A DNA stretch of 64,000 bases, from the NCBI GenBank assembly GCA_003971905.1, contig RSEE01000050.1:372001-436000 (forward strand). Direction: 5' to 3'. The stretch's first letter is position 1, and each line of letters begins with the position of its first letter. Position numbers and translations under genes: made by a program. The stretch is from Moniliella sp. 'wahieum' (taxonomy: Eukaryota). The notes beneath the pieces are model-generated. The model worked only from the letters and a program-made list of their open reading frames with translations, was not told the origin of the DNA and did not search any database. This document shows positions 1 through 12,283 of this stretch, one piece after another.

Positions 1-2611
1 GACTTCCAGGTCCGCCACACTGACAAGGGCGTACAGTCGGGTTCAACCGCTTTGAGTGCGCGCTGGGCCCATCGACCCGTACGCCAGTATGCCGTTGTTG
101 AGCCTCCGGCCCCCAACCAGGATGTCAGGCGCGCGGCTCCCTCTTCACGGTCTCCTGCTCGTGTCCAAAAAACTGCCTTTCTTGAGTCCATCTGGCGTGC
201 CCAGGCCCGTAAACTCGCCTGCACATCGCAGTCGGTAAGGCGAGAAGTTCCCCCGCCACCTTTGACCCTGTAACTGGCGTCCCCATCCGTCCACGACAGA
301 TCATTTACTTTCTTGTGTATCGCCGCACAGCCTGGGAACCCATCGTTCGCAAAACCCCCGTTGCGCTTCATGTCAACATTGCCAGCACCCATGGCCGCTT
401 GCATGTTCCAGATCATCGCGTGCCTTCGTCAGGCCCCCATGCGGTGGTGGAGCTGACGGCAATCGATAAGCAGGGTCGCTGCTTTGTCCGCACCCAGTTG
501 CCTGGCCAGGTTCAGAGTGACGAGGAGGTGGTTCCGTTGGGCATGATTACCGAGTACGTCCAGAGAGTTCACCAACGCCTCCCGCCCTCCCTGGCTACCA
601 GCTTTGTCTCCCCGCGTGTTCGTTTGGTGAGCATCAATTCATTGGGGCCCCTCACGCCCCCGCGGGGGTGACAGCACAAGGACACGGCTTCCCAGGCACA
701 AACTCTGCAAGTTCTAACAACAGCCCCCGCGTCTACGCGATGTGGGTCGTCACCTTCTCTCGGCTGGAATGACTACGCTTCGTCGTTCCGCCTCGCCCGT
801 AGTCGAGTGGACCAAACGAATTTGCCTCGATGGGGCATCGCCGGCACCGCTCCCGCGCCGGATCATCCACCGGTGGTACTGCGACCTCCAGCGTCTTTGG
901 TGGATCCATCTCCACCTCCAACTGGGGATCGACGATGACTTCGTCGGACCACACTCGAGGTACGGTTGCAACCACGTTAAGCGCCGCCAGCTCCTCCTCT
1001 GCCCACTCGAGCCCCAAGCGCGGACAGGCCAAGCGTTCTTTCCACCTTCTAAACCGGACACGTGCGGGCCCGAACAGTTCGGAGCACAAAACTGAGCCTG
1101 CCCCAGACTGAAGGGACCTTGGGCCACCTCCGCTCCCCGAGAAGGAGGTTGGAGAAAAATCAAATGGCTCGGTTACGCCCACTCCGAGCCCTTGTCCCTC
1201 CTACGGCAAACCCATTGAGCCAACTCTCGAAGCTGCTGCTGTCCCAGAAGTCAATACGACCATGGGTGGACATGACGTTGAAGATGATGGGGAGCACGCC
1301 AGCCACCAGCCTGCCCGGTGCAGCACTCTTCTTCCTAGAGCCCAGCGCGGGCTCGACCGTCGCGAAACGACCATGGGTCCCCGCCCGCTCCGCTCGACTC
1401 GTCTGCGAGCCCATCCTCCTGCGCCCGTTCCCTCGGTCCCATCCAGCTGTCAGACGCAGCCAGCACCAATTCGAAGCGGGTGGCGTCGGACCGTTTTGCT
1501 GACGAAGTAGATGAAAACGAGGGCATGGATGACCGTCCGTCCAAGCGCGTTTCGGTTCGGTCCAATCGCTCCAATCCTTCGGCCAACAGTCGCTCCTCCT
1601 CTCTCCGCAATAGCTCCGACAGTGCCCCTCCCCGTTCGGCCAATGCAAGGATGGCCAAGACCGACGGATTCGTCGCGCCCTCTCCCGGGCCAGCAAGCGC
1701 CCGCAAGCGTTTTGCGATATGCGCAAGTATCTCACTGATGTGCGGCAACAACATGACCAGGAAGCCTTGGATCCCCAATACCTCTCCACCCTTCTCGCGC
1801 AACTGACAAACTGGCTGCAAGATGCCGAAGCCGACTCGGTAGCGGATAAGGAAGAGCTCGATCTGCTCGTCTCTTCGGCCCTTGCCCCATCTTCCTTGTC
1901 TGATCCAGCTTCGGAGGGACAACTGGAAGTGGAAAACGCTAAACTTCGTGCAGAGCGGGCAGCGCTACAGAAGCATGAGCAGGAGCGGTTGAAGGAACTT
2001 GAAGGGCTGTACGCTCGCGAAAGTGAACGTGCCGCCGAGTGGCTCAATTGCACGAACAATTGGCTACCTTGGAGAACGACAAGCATTGTCTCCAGTCCCA
2101 GAATCACAATTTGGCCGTGGAGCTGGACACTATGGCGACGACGAATGGAGGCTCGGAGGTCTTGCAAGTTCAAAATGCCGAGTTGGCTACAACTGTCAAG
2201 GCACTCGAGTCTGCCAATCAAGACCTCGAAGCACGTTTGGAGGTGGCGCGCGCCAAGCCGAAGTCGCGCACCGTCTCGATGAGGAACTTGAGATGGCGCG
2301 TCAACTCAATGCTGAACTCCAAGCCCGTTGTGCTCAGTTAGAGCAAGCAGAACGAGCTGCGTTGACGGCCAACGCCGAGCTCCATGCGGCGTTTAACGAA
2401 GAGTTGGACAACATGTGGCGTGACGCCACGGTGCAAACGGAAAACGAACAGATCAATTCGTTGCGCAGCAAGCTTCAAGCCGCTCTGCCGAACGGAACCA
2501 GCTTCGAGCGGATCTTCAGTAAGTTCCCACTTCCCCTTTCTACCCTGATCTGGCTCTGACAATCGTACCAGATCCTTCCGAGCTCAGATGGAGCAGGAGA
2601 TTGGTTTCTGA
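1..2611 (+). CDS. Large hypothetical protein (5' end outside window) with Ser-rich middle and C-terminal coiled coil
   Basis: Consecutive + strand ORF pieces (315-671, 830-1111, 1480-1806, 1719-2282, 2039-2341, 1999-2559) join by frameshifts into a heptad-rich tail (ELHAAFNEELDNMWRDA...). Intron GT 2519-AG 2571; last exon SFRAQMEQEIGF*, TGA 2609-2611. Confidence 0.7.
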
Positions 2612-2866
2612 TATATCTGTACATGTACCCTTACATTGCCTCCTATACGACTTGACGTCCTGTCCCCCACTCATTCGCCTTCATTCCCTCTCTTTGCGCA
2701 CGGACGTTACGCCCACGCTTCCACCACTTGTCCATTCTTCTTTAGTTTTGGAAACTGTGCCATGCTGCACGAATCAATATTGCTGTTCATATCAGGACGA
2801 GTGGTGATGATTGAAGATGCAACGACCTGCATCGGCCATTGGCGAAGAGGACAAGAGGAGCGAGGA

Positions 2867-3739
2867 TCAACGCTTCTTGGCAGCTTCGAGGAGGTCGTAG
2901 GTTCCATGGAAGATTGCCTCCTCCCGCTCAGCGTCCAGGCCTGGCACGTTCGATTGACCAAATTGCGGCGTGAAGCCAGAACAGCGACTCTTGAAAACCC
3001 GAAGAGTCTTTGCGCACGATTTGCTCTACGCCCAGCTCAATGTTGAACTGGCGGTGCTGCAAAGTGCACAGTGGGAGGAGGAAAGGTCAGGAATTTTGGT
3101 TGGCCAAGGCGGACCCAAGCAAAGCAGAGTGTACACGTACCACAAATTCGCGCGCATCTTCTGCTCGGGTAGGTCGTTCGTCAAACACGTCCCTGACTTG
3201 CGATTGGACCAGCCCAGGTTGCCCGAATCGGGAACACCCTGGGAACTCAGGTCCGCATCCAGCCCTTCTCGATTCCGCTGGCCTTTTCGCGTTGCCGCGA
3301 TGCCTGCTCGGCCGCTTGACGTGTCACATCAATGCAGTACCAAATGGAACGTTCCCTCCCCATCCACACGTTCATCATTTCCTGCCACAGCGAGGCGCAC
3401 GCGGCCCGTCGACACTGCGTACGTCGAGGTACCTAGATCCAACAGGGCGGACGAGGTGCCCTTGCTACTAAGCAGACTGGGGGAGGACGTGATGTGCAAG
3501 TCGCGGTCGCGGGCTACGAGGCGGTTGATCCGGTTGATCATGCCATCGTCCATGCGCCGGTACTGCCGCATGACATCTGGATGGACAGCACCGAGTCAGA
3601 ACCCAGAGGCAGCGTTCCGGGAAAGGAGGTACGTACCGCGGAAGTGGGTGATGTCGAGGCATATGGAGGGCGAAAGGTTCTCGACTTCTGGCGGAGTATC
3701 CAGACCGGCAAGAGTGTTCCCGGTAGAGCGCCAGGACAT
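2867..3739 (-). CDS. MIX23: Mix23/Cid2 family mitochondrial intermembrane-space protein
   Basis: N-terminal SPSICLDITHFR / MRQYRRMDDGMINRINR and C-terminal ELGVEQIVRK..LRVFKSRC match the Mix23 (caffeine-induced death 2) family pattern from memory. Contains introns and frameshifts. Confidence 0.75.
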
Positions 3740-3833
3740 GGTTGAAGATGGTGTGGGTGCCGAAGAAGAGCCACGACTTGCTGTTCGGGCGCAGCCGCGA
3801 TGGAAGAATGATCGATGAACAGTGAATATGCAA

Positions 3834-3930
3834 TCAAGCTTCAACCTTCAAGCTTCAAGCTTCAAGCTCTTCAAGCTTCAAGCTCTTCAAGCTTCAATAT
3901 CCAACGTTCAACGTTCAAACGTCAAGTTGA
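3834..3930. promoter_or_regulatory. (TCAAGCT)n / (TCAACGT)n heptamer array upstream of MIX23
   Basis: tcaagcttcaaccttcaagcttcaagcttcaagct...caacgttcaacgttcaa, 95-190 bp upstream of the MIX23 ATG. The repeat is seen directly; a regulatory role is inferred. Confidence 0.6.
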
Positions 3931-4126
3931 ACATTAGGGAAAATGTTGAAACTACAGAGCACCTCCATCGCAACCAAGGCCTCGGGCAAGTGACCCTCCT
4001 GGTGACACCACTTCCATGTCATGTCACGATACCATGACTTGATCGGCCAAGGCGCTGGCAAGCGCTAGTAGCTGCCGTGTTGGTCCACCGCTCGCACGCT
4101 CGCCAATGGATGCCGTCGCACCTCAT

Positions 4127-4240
4127 TGTAGGGGCGATGCCCAATCATTAATCACGCCACCCTGCGTGAGAGGCATCACCGGCTCTTATCCGCCTAGACG
4201 CTCCCTCTGCTTCCCGATGTCCTCGCCTATATGAGGCCCT
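4127..4240 (+). mobile_element. Repeat family C copy 1, LTR-like relic
   Basis: Begins TGTAGGGGCGATGCCC. Shares CACGCCA(C/T)CCTGCGTGA..GCATC and CTCCCTCTGCTTCCC with the reverse complement of 46735-46838. TATA-like CCTATATGA. Confidence 0.55.
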
Positions 4241-4249
4241 ACCCTATCC

Positions 4250-4760
4250 TCAGGACTCAGACTGAGTACTGACCTGAGCCTCAGGCCTCAGTCTTAGTTC
4301 CCATAGCCTCCTGTACCTCTCCTCAGAACATCCTCGATTCTCCTTCTTTCGGCAGGTTATGAGCCCACGCCTGGGGGCGGCGCCTCTGCTAGCTGCCTCC
4401 CACCCGCCGCTGCGTCGCCCTGGCAGGCCACCGCGTTTCTTACTACCAGCGGCGGCCATTCAACCCACCCTCCCAGGAGCTCGGTGCTCCTCCCCTGCGA
4501 CAAAACTTACCCTGGCGGCCTGAAGACTCGCTGGTCGATACGAGACCTCCGCGAAGGCACCGGCTCTGTCCCGGCTCAGACCGCCAAGCCCTCCACGAGG
4601 CACTAGCCCTTCCACACGGCAAACATCTTCCTCACCTCGAGCTTGCTGCCACCGGCGTCAGCGCTCGCCCTCCTGCGGCCCAGCTACCCGACCTCGTCCA
4701 GGGAGAGGGGATCGACCTTTTCCCTCTGACTCCAATCCATTGCCTTCTCATCGATCTCAT
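4250..4760 (-). pseudogene. Possible degenerate retrotransposon gag remnant
   Basis: Stop-rich region next to an LTR-like relic. Fragments RIDQR and RRGLITCRKKENRGC loosely resemble Ty3/gypsy gag and a decayed zinc knuckle. Confidence 0.25.
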
Positions 4761-4973
4761 CTTGCTACCCGTCAAACTGAGCTCCGATAGCGCGGGAGGA
4801 AGTCAAACTCTTGACACGTTTCGAAATGGTTGTTGGAGCCAGCTGAGACGCGGGGGATCCCCTCCCCCACCAGCCTGGACGGGAACGAACGCTTCTGCCG
4901 TTCAAAAATGCTTCCGGAAGGGTACGGAGTCCCTTGGCGTGGTGGCTGGTTGGCGGCATTGGTGTGGCGACGG

Positions 4974-5182
4974 TGACTGACTAGTGACTTGAGGCTTGGA
5001 ATTTCAGCGTGAAGCTTGAAGCTCCAAGCTTGGCTGGTCGTGCATCGTGGAGCGCTTGCGTGTTACTATTGTTGTGCGTCACTTGACTAGCTGAACTAGC
5101 CAGTCACAGTCACATGACTGCATTCACATATTCACCGGTTCACCAATTCACTAGTCACTAGTAGTCACTAGCCCAGTCACTT
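4974..5182. promoter_or_regulatory. Mixed T[CG]A-N4 heptamer array (TGACTAG, TGAAGCT, TCACTAG, TCACCGG)
   Basis: tgactgactagtgact...tgaagcttgaagct...tcaccggttca...tcactagtcactagtagtcactag. A further (TGAAGCT)3 lies at 5482-5506. Confidence 0.55.
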
Positions 5183-6015
5183 ATACCCACAGTTCCGTCA
5201 CTTGACTCGTCCCCGGGCGTCGCCCAGGCTCCGCGGACTCCGAAGGCTGGTGGAGCCAGCCACATGAGCGCGGAAGCGCGCGGAAGCTCTGCTTGCCACC
5301 ACCAACGCGTATCTCTCGGGTCGCATGGATCCCCTACGCTGCTGTCCTAGATACGCTTGCGCATCCGTTGCGGGTTCCCTCGTCGCTGCCTGGGCGTGAT
5401 CTATGATGGACGGATGAGGCTGGAGAGGCCGAGGATGAGGATACTGAGTACCGAGTCGAGTTGAGTGAGAGTACTGGTGCTTGAAGCTTGAAGCTTGAAG
5501 CTTCAAGTGGTAGGCCGATCACGATCAGGTGGGGAGATGGAGAGGGCGGGCGCACGGCAAGGGCGAGGGGCAGTGCATGGGCGGGGCATGGGGCCAGCGT
5601 GACGTGTGTGTGACAGGGGAGGCAGGAGCGCTAGGAGGCGAGGGAGCAGGATGCGGATGGATGATGCATGTGCATGCATGGTGCCACACGTGACTGTGAT
5701 CTGGGGCAGGGGGCCAAGCCAGCGCCAGCCATGGGGCATGGATCGGTGTGGATAGGTAAGCGGTACGCCCGCCGGGGCTAGCCGGGCCTAAGTACTAAGT
5801 GCTAGGCTAAGCTTGCGCCAGACGCTGGGCGGCAGATGCAGCAGCCGAGCGTGGCGTGGCACTGGGTACTGGCGTGGCGGCAGGGCGGGTGGCAAGCGCC
5901 GGTGGCTGGTGCAGCAGGCGCACTGAGACTGCGGCTCAGCGCTGGCTTTGCTGGCTGGGCTGGCGCGTGCGCTTGGGCACCCGTGGCTGCAAATGGCCGA
6001 GCTGGCCGGCCCAGC

Positions 6016-6042
6016 GCAGCAGCAGCAGCAGCAGCAGCCGCC
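6016..6042. repeat. (GCA)n microsatellite
   Basis: gcagcagcagcagcagcagcagccgccgc. Confidence 0.8.
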
Positions 6043-6379
6043 GCATGCCGCAGCACGCAGCAGGCGGCTGCCTCTGCGCTGGCACGGGCGCACTGCGGTG
6101 CGGCTGCATGTGATCGATGATCGATGATCGGGCAGCGCCAGGCGGCAGAGCCTGCGCTGCGGTGCGTTCGGTGTTCGGTGCGCTGCGCTGCCCGTGCTGG
6201 CCACAGCCAGCCGTCCCCACGCGCCCCCGCCCTCCCAGCCAGTGCCAGCTGCCCTGCCCTCGGCCACAGCCGCCGTTTTCCTTCTTCCCCCTTGCCGCTC
6301 GCCTCTCTGTCTGTCCCCCTCGCAGCCCCCCACACCCGCTCTACCCCCCCCTCCGACCACCCCCCTGGACACGCCCCCC

Positions 6380-7838
6380 ATGACCTCTCCCTCCCCTGAG
6401 CCGTCCCCACCAGCCGCGGCGAGCCGCAGCCACCCCGCCCACACACACCGCCCGAGACGCCTCGCGCTCCCTCTCGACCGCCCCCCAGCCGGCGTCCCCG
6501 CCGCCTCCACCGCGCAGCCGTCTGCCGTCGCTTGTCGAGGGCTTTGGCTTTGCCCATGCCCCCCCCATCCCCATCCCCCGCCGACCACCCGCCTGCCTGG
6601 GCCCGCCTACTTCCCGCGACGAGCTCGCCGGCATCCGTCCGCTTGTCCCCCCACGCGCCTTGCCGCCGCCCCACCTCCGAGCCCCCTCGGCTACCCCCGC
6701 TCCAGCTTGTCTGGCCCCAGTGTGCTGAATGGCGACCGGCCTCGTCTGCCTCCGCTCACCAGCACCGCGCCTTCCTCTCGCCGCGGCAGTGCGTACGAGG
6801 CGTGCGACCCGCCTCCGTTTGACGTCGGCCGTCGCTTGTGCCTGCTGCGCCTGGCCCAGCACCCACCCTACGGGCTACGCCGTTCGCCCCCTCCGGACCC
6901 ATGGGAACCCCATGGGGGACGACGGCGGTCCTATGCCCCCCCGCACTCGGCACGAGTTCTGCCACCCTACCGCTCCCCTATGTACGGAGTAGCGTGTCCG
7001 GTCCCAGCCCTGACCCTTACTTCCACCCAGCTCGTCCCCCTCCTCAGCCTCTCGGGCAGCGTTCCCCTCACGCTTCCCATGAGGCACATGCTCATCTCCC
7101 CGCCCCCGATGGGCATGGAGCAGCGCGCGTCGGTTCCCTGGATCCATATGGACGACCTGCCACCGGGCGTGGTACCTTCTCCTGCCGGTCCACCACCGCA
7201 ACGCCCCCCGTGACCGCCCCCCCACCCCCCGGTCCTCCGCGTCCGTTCAAGTGCGCGTCGTGTGGCGCCGCGTTTGCGCGCAACCACGATCTGCGACGAC
7301 ACGCGCGCAAGCATCTGGGCAAACTGCCGTTCGAATGTCCCGAATGCCACAAACCCTTTTCGCGCAAAGATGCGCTGAACCGGCACATTCTCGTCAAGGT
7401 ACGTGTCTTGATGTCTTGATGAGGTGGGATTGTGGGGCTGGGCTAGCTTGCCTGGCCTGCGCTGTATACGCAACGAACGTACTAACGAATCCTGGTTGCT
7501 ATGTAGGGCTGTGCGGCGCGCAACGTCGGCGTGAATTTCGCGTTGATCCGGATCGACGGGCCAGTGTGGATGTGGTGAGCGCGGTAGCCGTCCCGGAACG
7601 CCCCAGTGGGAAAAAGTCCCCGTTCCTCGAAACCCACCGCCATTCCTGGGCGCCCCATCCTGAGCCGGGTCAAGGCAGCTCGCTCCTCTCCACTGCTGGC
7701 AAGTCACCGCCCCGAGGCGAGTGGAGGTGGGGCGAAGAGCAGCGCGGTGCGCCGCACCTCCCTTCCCCGCCTGAAGCGGATTTGCTCCCGCCCCCTCGTC
7801 CCTCGCTCGTGGCCTTTGCCGATCCTTGGAGACGGTAG
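6380..7838 (+). CDS. C2H2 zinc-finger transcription factor (Pro-rich N-terminus, two fingers)
   Basis: RPFKCASCGAAFARNHDLRRHARKHLGKLPFECPECHKPFSRKDALNRHILVK, then intron GT 7399 to AG 7506, continuing GC. ATG 6380 (MTSPSPEP). Frameshifts in the Pro-rich part. Confidence 0.85.
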
Positions 7839-8135
7839 CCGCTGGCTTATTCTTGTTTTTCTCCAGGGATGCAGATTGATCGTCGATTTTTGTTTTGTTT
7901 TGCTCTGTTATCTTCACCCCGTGTCTCGTATGGTCAGCAGGTCGCGGTCCCCCCCCCCTGCCCTTACTTTTGTTTCCCTTGAAGCTTGCTCGAGGATAGA
8001 TGATCTTGAACGGATCCGTGCTCATCCTGGGCGCTCGCGTTCGTTTTTTTTTTCTCACCTTCCAGCCGGCACCGGGACGCTCGGAAGGCCGGACTTGCAT
8101 TCCATATTCACGCACCTTGCGCATTCCAGCAGCAT

Positions 8136-8187
8136 GCGTCTTGTGTCTTGCGTCCTGCGTCCTGCGTCTTGCGTCTTGCGTCCTGCT
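8136..8187. repeat. 7-bp tandem repeat (TGCGTCY)x7, downstream of the C2H2 gene
   Basis: tgcgtcttgtgtcttgcgtcctgcgtcctgcgtcttgcgtcttgcgtcctgc. Confidence 0.8.
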
Positions 8188-9581
8188 TGCTTCCCCATCA
8201 TCTTAATCATACGAATCGACTGCATTCCAAGCTTTCCAGGCTACCGGAAAGATTGCCCTCGCATAGGCTTGTGACAGGGATGGGGAGCGGAGGCACCTGG
8301 GGCCCCTCTGCAAAGCAATGTTCTCCCCCCCCCCCATGTCACCGGTCACCCTCCGTGCCCCCCGCTTGAATCGTCCCCTTGTGGTAGCGTCGTTCCGATT
8401 CGGTTGTTTCTCCATGCTCTCCGGATACGTGGGTGCGCGCACAGGTTCCAGATTTCAGGATCCAGGTTCCCCCCCCCCCCCCCCGCCCGGCCATTTGGCT
8501 TCCCCGCAAGACGCGCGGGACTCTGATCCACTCGGGCTCCGTGACCTGGTGCCCGTCGTGGCTGTTTCCTCGTGGCGGAATGGAAATTACCAGGAGAGAC
8601 CCCACACCAAATGGGTGGGCTACTGGGCTACTCCCCCCCCCCCTCCCTGCGGCCGATACTGGTTTGAGTGTGGTGAGAGCTGGGGGTCTCGCCGTTGGGT
8701 CGACGGGGTAGAGATCGTTCACGACAAAAAAAAAACCATTTCTACATTGGGATGTGCCTGGCCAGGGTGTTCTCCTCTTCCTGGGCACACGGTTCCGTCT
8801 TGGGTCCGCAGAACGCACACCCCTATGCTATGCTGTGGTCCTTAGGATTCGTACGATCCCACACCCCTCTGTGCTAGCAATGAATGGCTTTGCTGGGATC
8901 AGGAAGGCGCATGCCCAGCGTGCCTGTACCATCGGCGGAAAGAACATTAGCTCCTACCCGGCTTGCTTATCTTGCACTGTTCGCCCGACGGCCTATCCAT
9001 ACACCCTACCGATCGATGTTATTTCCTCTGCCCTCTCTTGACACCCTTTAGGACCACGGGGAGCACACTTCTGCGTACCCTCGCCTCTTCCGCCATGATG
9101 ATTGATGATTGATGATTGATGGTCTCGACAATGCACCCAATCCCCTGATGGTCGTTGGCGACGTCGGTGCAGGGCCAACGTCTTGGCTGTGTCGCCATGT
9201 CACATGTCACGCCCCGCCGTGTTTCGTTTCTTTCCTCTCGCTTCCCCGGTTCGAGGCAGGCTCTTGAGACTCGACGCTCTGGACGGCAGCTGTAGTGACG
9301 AAAGAGGAGAGGGAGAGGGGCATCGTCTCGCTCTACGAATTATAGACCAGCCCAAGGGGAGCAATCGATTTCTAGCGTTTCTCTGGTGTTTTCTTTTCCT
9401 AGTCGTACTGGTTCGGGGTGTTGTGTACCGATGAGTACCGTGCGCATGAGTACTGAGTGCCCTCACCGGCATGGCTGGGACGAACACCAAGAGGTCCAAA
9501 CCGGACCTTGAACAGAAGAAAGGGCGGTGAGATTCTGAGAGCCAGAGCAGGTCAGAGTGCCCAGAATCGATGGGCCAGCTA

Positions 9582-9990
9582 TGATTCGATGATCGATGAT
9601 CGATGATCGATGATCCCGTTGAAATGAAATTGAAATGTATCTTCTTGGCTGCAGCCGAAGTTTGAAAATGGAAGAGGGTCCGTGCGCTGAGGGGGGAGGA
9701 GAGGAACATCACGTGTCATGCGTGACGCGTCATGCATCATGGATGTTTTGTCCTGCTGGTCAGAGTGGGGATGCTGGCCATCCCGCCGCTGCCCTCCCCA
9801 GCCGTGATGACGTGGCCCACGGGGTGGGAGCTGGTTGCTGCCGCCCCAGCGCCCCCAGCACGCTCCAGCGGCCCTCGAGCCACCCTGGCCCTGTCCACGC
9901 AGCCACCGCACAATGAATGACGCATGACGCGTGAGGTCCGGGGCGGAGCATGATCCACGACGCGTGACGCGTGGATGACTCGATGACGTC
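9582..9990. promoter_or_regulatory. (TGATCGA)n and (TGACGCG)n heptamer arrays upstream of the phosphatase gene
   Basis: tgatcgatgatcgatgatcgatgatc (9590-9615); tgacgcgtcatgcatca (~9723-9739); tgacgcatgacgcgtga (~9918-9934). Confidence 0.55.
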
Positions 9991-10164
9991 GGCTCCCCCG
10001 TGGCTTCTCCCCGCCCGCTCCACAGCGCCAAACCACCAGAACCCACAGCGCGGCGCGAGTGGGTAGGCACTGCAGCAGCCGCCGGCGAGAAACCGGGCGC
10101 CAGCTCGTCGTTCCTCCTGTCGCACCACCACCTTCTCTTCGCATCCTACACCCCCCCCACCCCC

Positions 10165-11362
10165 ATGACCAAGACCATCTATCTCTGCCGCCACGCCCAG
10201 GCGGAACATGTCAGTGCTTCCTCCCCCCTCGCCTGCGTGCCTGCTACGCACCGCCCTGCTGACGCCTAGGCTAGAACGTGCGGACGACTACTCGATCCCC
10301 GATGCGCCTCTCACTGCGCTCGGCAAGGCGCAAGCTGCCGCGCTTGCCAAGGATCCTAAGGCTGCCCTGGCCCGGGCGCAGGTGAAGCTCGTGGCGTCCA
10401 GTGCGCTCAAGCGGACGTTGCAGACCACGTTGATTGGCTGGGGGAGACGGTGGCGCGGCTAGGCGACGCGCGACGATTGCGGCCATGCCTCAGTTGCAGG
10501 AGTGCAATGCGTTTCCGTGCGACACAGGATCGCCCCGTGCGACGCTGGAGAAGGACTTGGAACTGGCCGGGGTGACTTTAGTCTGCTCACGCCAGACTGG
10601 ACGAGCAAGGCTGGGTTCTACGCATCGTCGCCAGCTGCCCTGGAGGCACGCGCGGCGTGGGTGCGCAACTGGCTCAAGAGCCGGCCCGAACCGGTCATCC
10701 TCCTCGTTGCCCATGGCGACTTTTTGCGCCGCTTGACTGGCTCGTCTCATCCGTGGAAGAATACCGAACTGCAGGAATGGAGCCTGGACGAAACGGATGC
10801 GACGTATGCACGCCGCTTGAATTTCGAGCCTACGTCACGGCCGATGGCGCCGACGCACCCACCTCCTCCGACCCGGCCTTTGCCGCTCACGCATCCCACC
10901 CTACCAACGGCTTGCCCGCCGTCCAAGCTTCTGGGTTCGACATTCAAGGTGATTTGCATGCAGCTGCGGATCGCTCCGTTGCGGAGCTAGAGAAGCGGGT
11001 TCACACCAAGTACGTTGTCACCTCTTACCCTTTTGCTTCTCATCCCCTCCCCCCCCTCTACCGCCCTACCGCCCCATGTGCTCGACTTTGGACAGGTGGT
11101 GCTGATTACTGATGTTGTGCATTGCTACCTAGGGCGACCGACCTGCAGTCTCAAGCGCAGGAGCTGGAAGAACTGGAAGCTCGTCTTGCGCAGGCGGAAA
11201 AGCGCAAACAACAAGTACGTCATGCCTTGATCTGTAGCTTTTGTACGTTGTTGCGATATTGACCATCTCTACCTCTGTCTCTTGTGTTTATCCTTGTCCC
11301 TGTCCCTGTTTCTGTCTCGGCCTCTTTGTATGTAGCTCGAAGCGGCGGGGTACAGCGTCTAG
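10165..11362 (+). CDS. Histidine phosphatase / phosphoglycerate mutase-like protein with C-terminal coiled-coil extension
   Basis: MTKTIYLCRHAQAEH (RHxQ motif), IPDAPLTALG, SSALKRTLQT, PQLQEC..FPCDTGS, LVAHGDFLR. Several GT-AG introns; last exon LEAAGYSV*. Confidence 0.85.
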
Positions 11363-11377
11363 TCCAATGCATTGCCT

Positions 11378-12283
11378 TCAATCGGGTTCGTATTGAGCCG
11401 GAGGACAGCGTAGGCGAAGACCAGGGAGCCGTTGGCGATGGATCGACGAACGACAGCTATCTTGAAGTCCCAGGCGGATGCAGCGCTGGCACGGACGTTG
11501 ATCCGAACACCCTTTCTTGGCGATCCGTTGGCAGTTGGTACACGCGTTGCGGACTTGCTTGCGTTTAGGCTTGCCTGTCTCGCGCTCGCGCTCACGCTCA
11601 CCATCGCGCTCACCCTCGCCCATCTCCTCGTTCTTGCCCACCAGAGTAACAGGCACAGGGACAGAAGTAGCGGCAGGCAGAGCCACGGGCTCTGCTAACT
11701 CAGTAGGCGCATGGTCGGTCAAGGGGATCAAGGGAGCTTGCAGCACGCCCCCTTGTACTGTAAATCCTAGCTCCTCGTCCGCGTCCAGTGCTGCGGTACT
11801 GATGCGCAGCCAAACAGCCCTTGCGAGGCAGGCTGGTCTGGCTCGTCACTTTGGTAGGGCAAGGGGGAACCTCTGCGGTTGGTGGGGAGAAGCGGACCAG
11901 GTCGCAGAGGGCCAGGAAGGTGGGGGGACATGGTCTCGGCGCCTGTCCTCTTGGCCGTGAGGGGGAAGCCGAGCATTTGGCGTCACAGGGTCCGTCCCAG
12001 AGCCAGGCAGGCGACCAAGTGGAGGCGAGAGCGCTTCGAGGAGACGGTCGGACGTGGTTGGCAGCCGGGATTCTCGGCCATGCCAATGGGTGTAAACAAG
12101 TTAGGATGGTTGTGGTTCAGGCTGTACGTGTCAGCCGTCTGAGCCCAGGACGGGTCCAGGCTCGGTCTCTCCCATGCAGCAGGTGATATGAGGGACTGGT
12201 CGTGAGAAGTGGGAGGCGAGCCACGGTGTGTATACGGGGGCGGATGATGCTGGGCGCATAGGCGCTGCGCACGGGTTCACTCA
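11378..12283 (-). CDS. Zn(II)2Cys6 cluster protein with C-terminal cluster (start uncertain)
   Basis: KRKQVRNACTNCQRIAKKGCSDQRPCQRCIRLGLQDSC in ORF 11378-11746. Upstream Pro/Ser-rich pieces are frameshifted. Confidence 0.7.

Noticed and set aside
3834..3897. Heat-shock elements (GAAnnTTC) as the explanation of the AAGCTT arrays
   Set aside because: TGAAGCTTCA contains one GAAnnTTC unit, but the arrays repeat every 7 bp rather than as alternating 5-bp nGAAn units, and sister arrays with other spacers have no GAA/TTC.
5788..6862. Long minus-strand ORFs (266, 290 and 173 aa) and similar shadow ORFs elsewhere
   Set aside because: These are low-complexity Gly/Arg/Ala translations expected from high GC, antisense to real genes or promoters, with no domain motifs.
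11359..11362. Two convergent genes sharing one CTAG as stop codons
   Set aside because: The ORF ending at 11359 is not the Zn-cluster frame, which stops at 11378.
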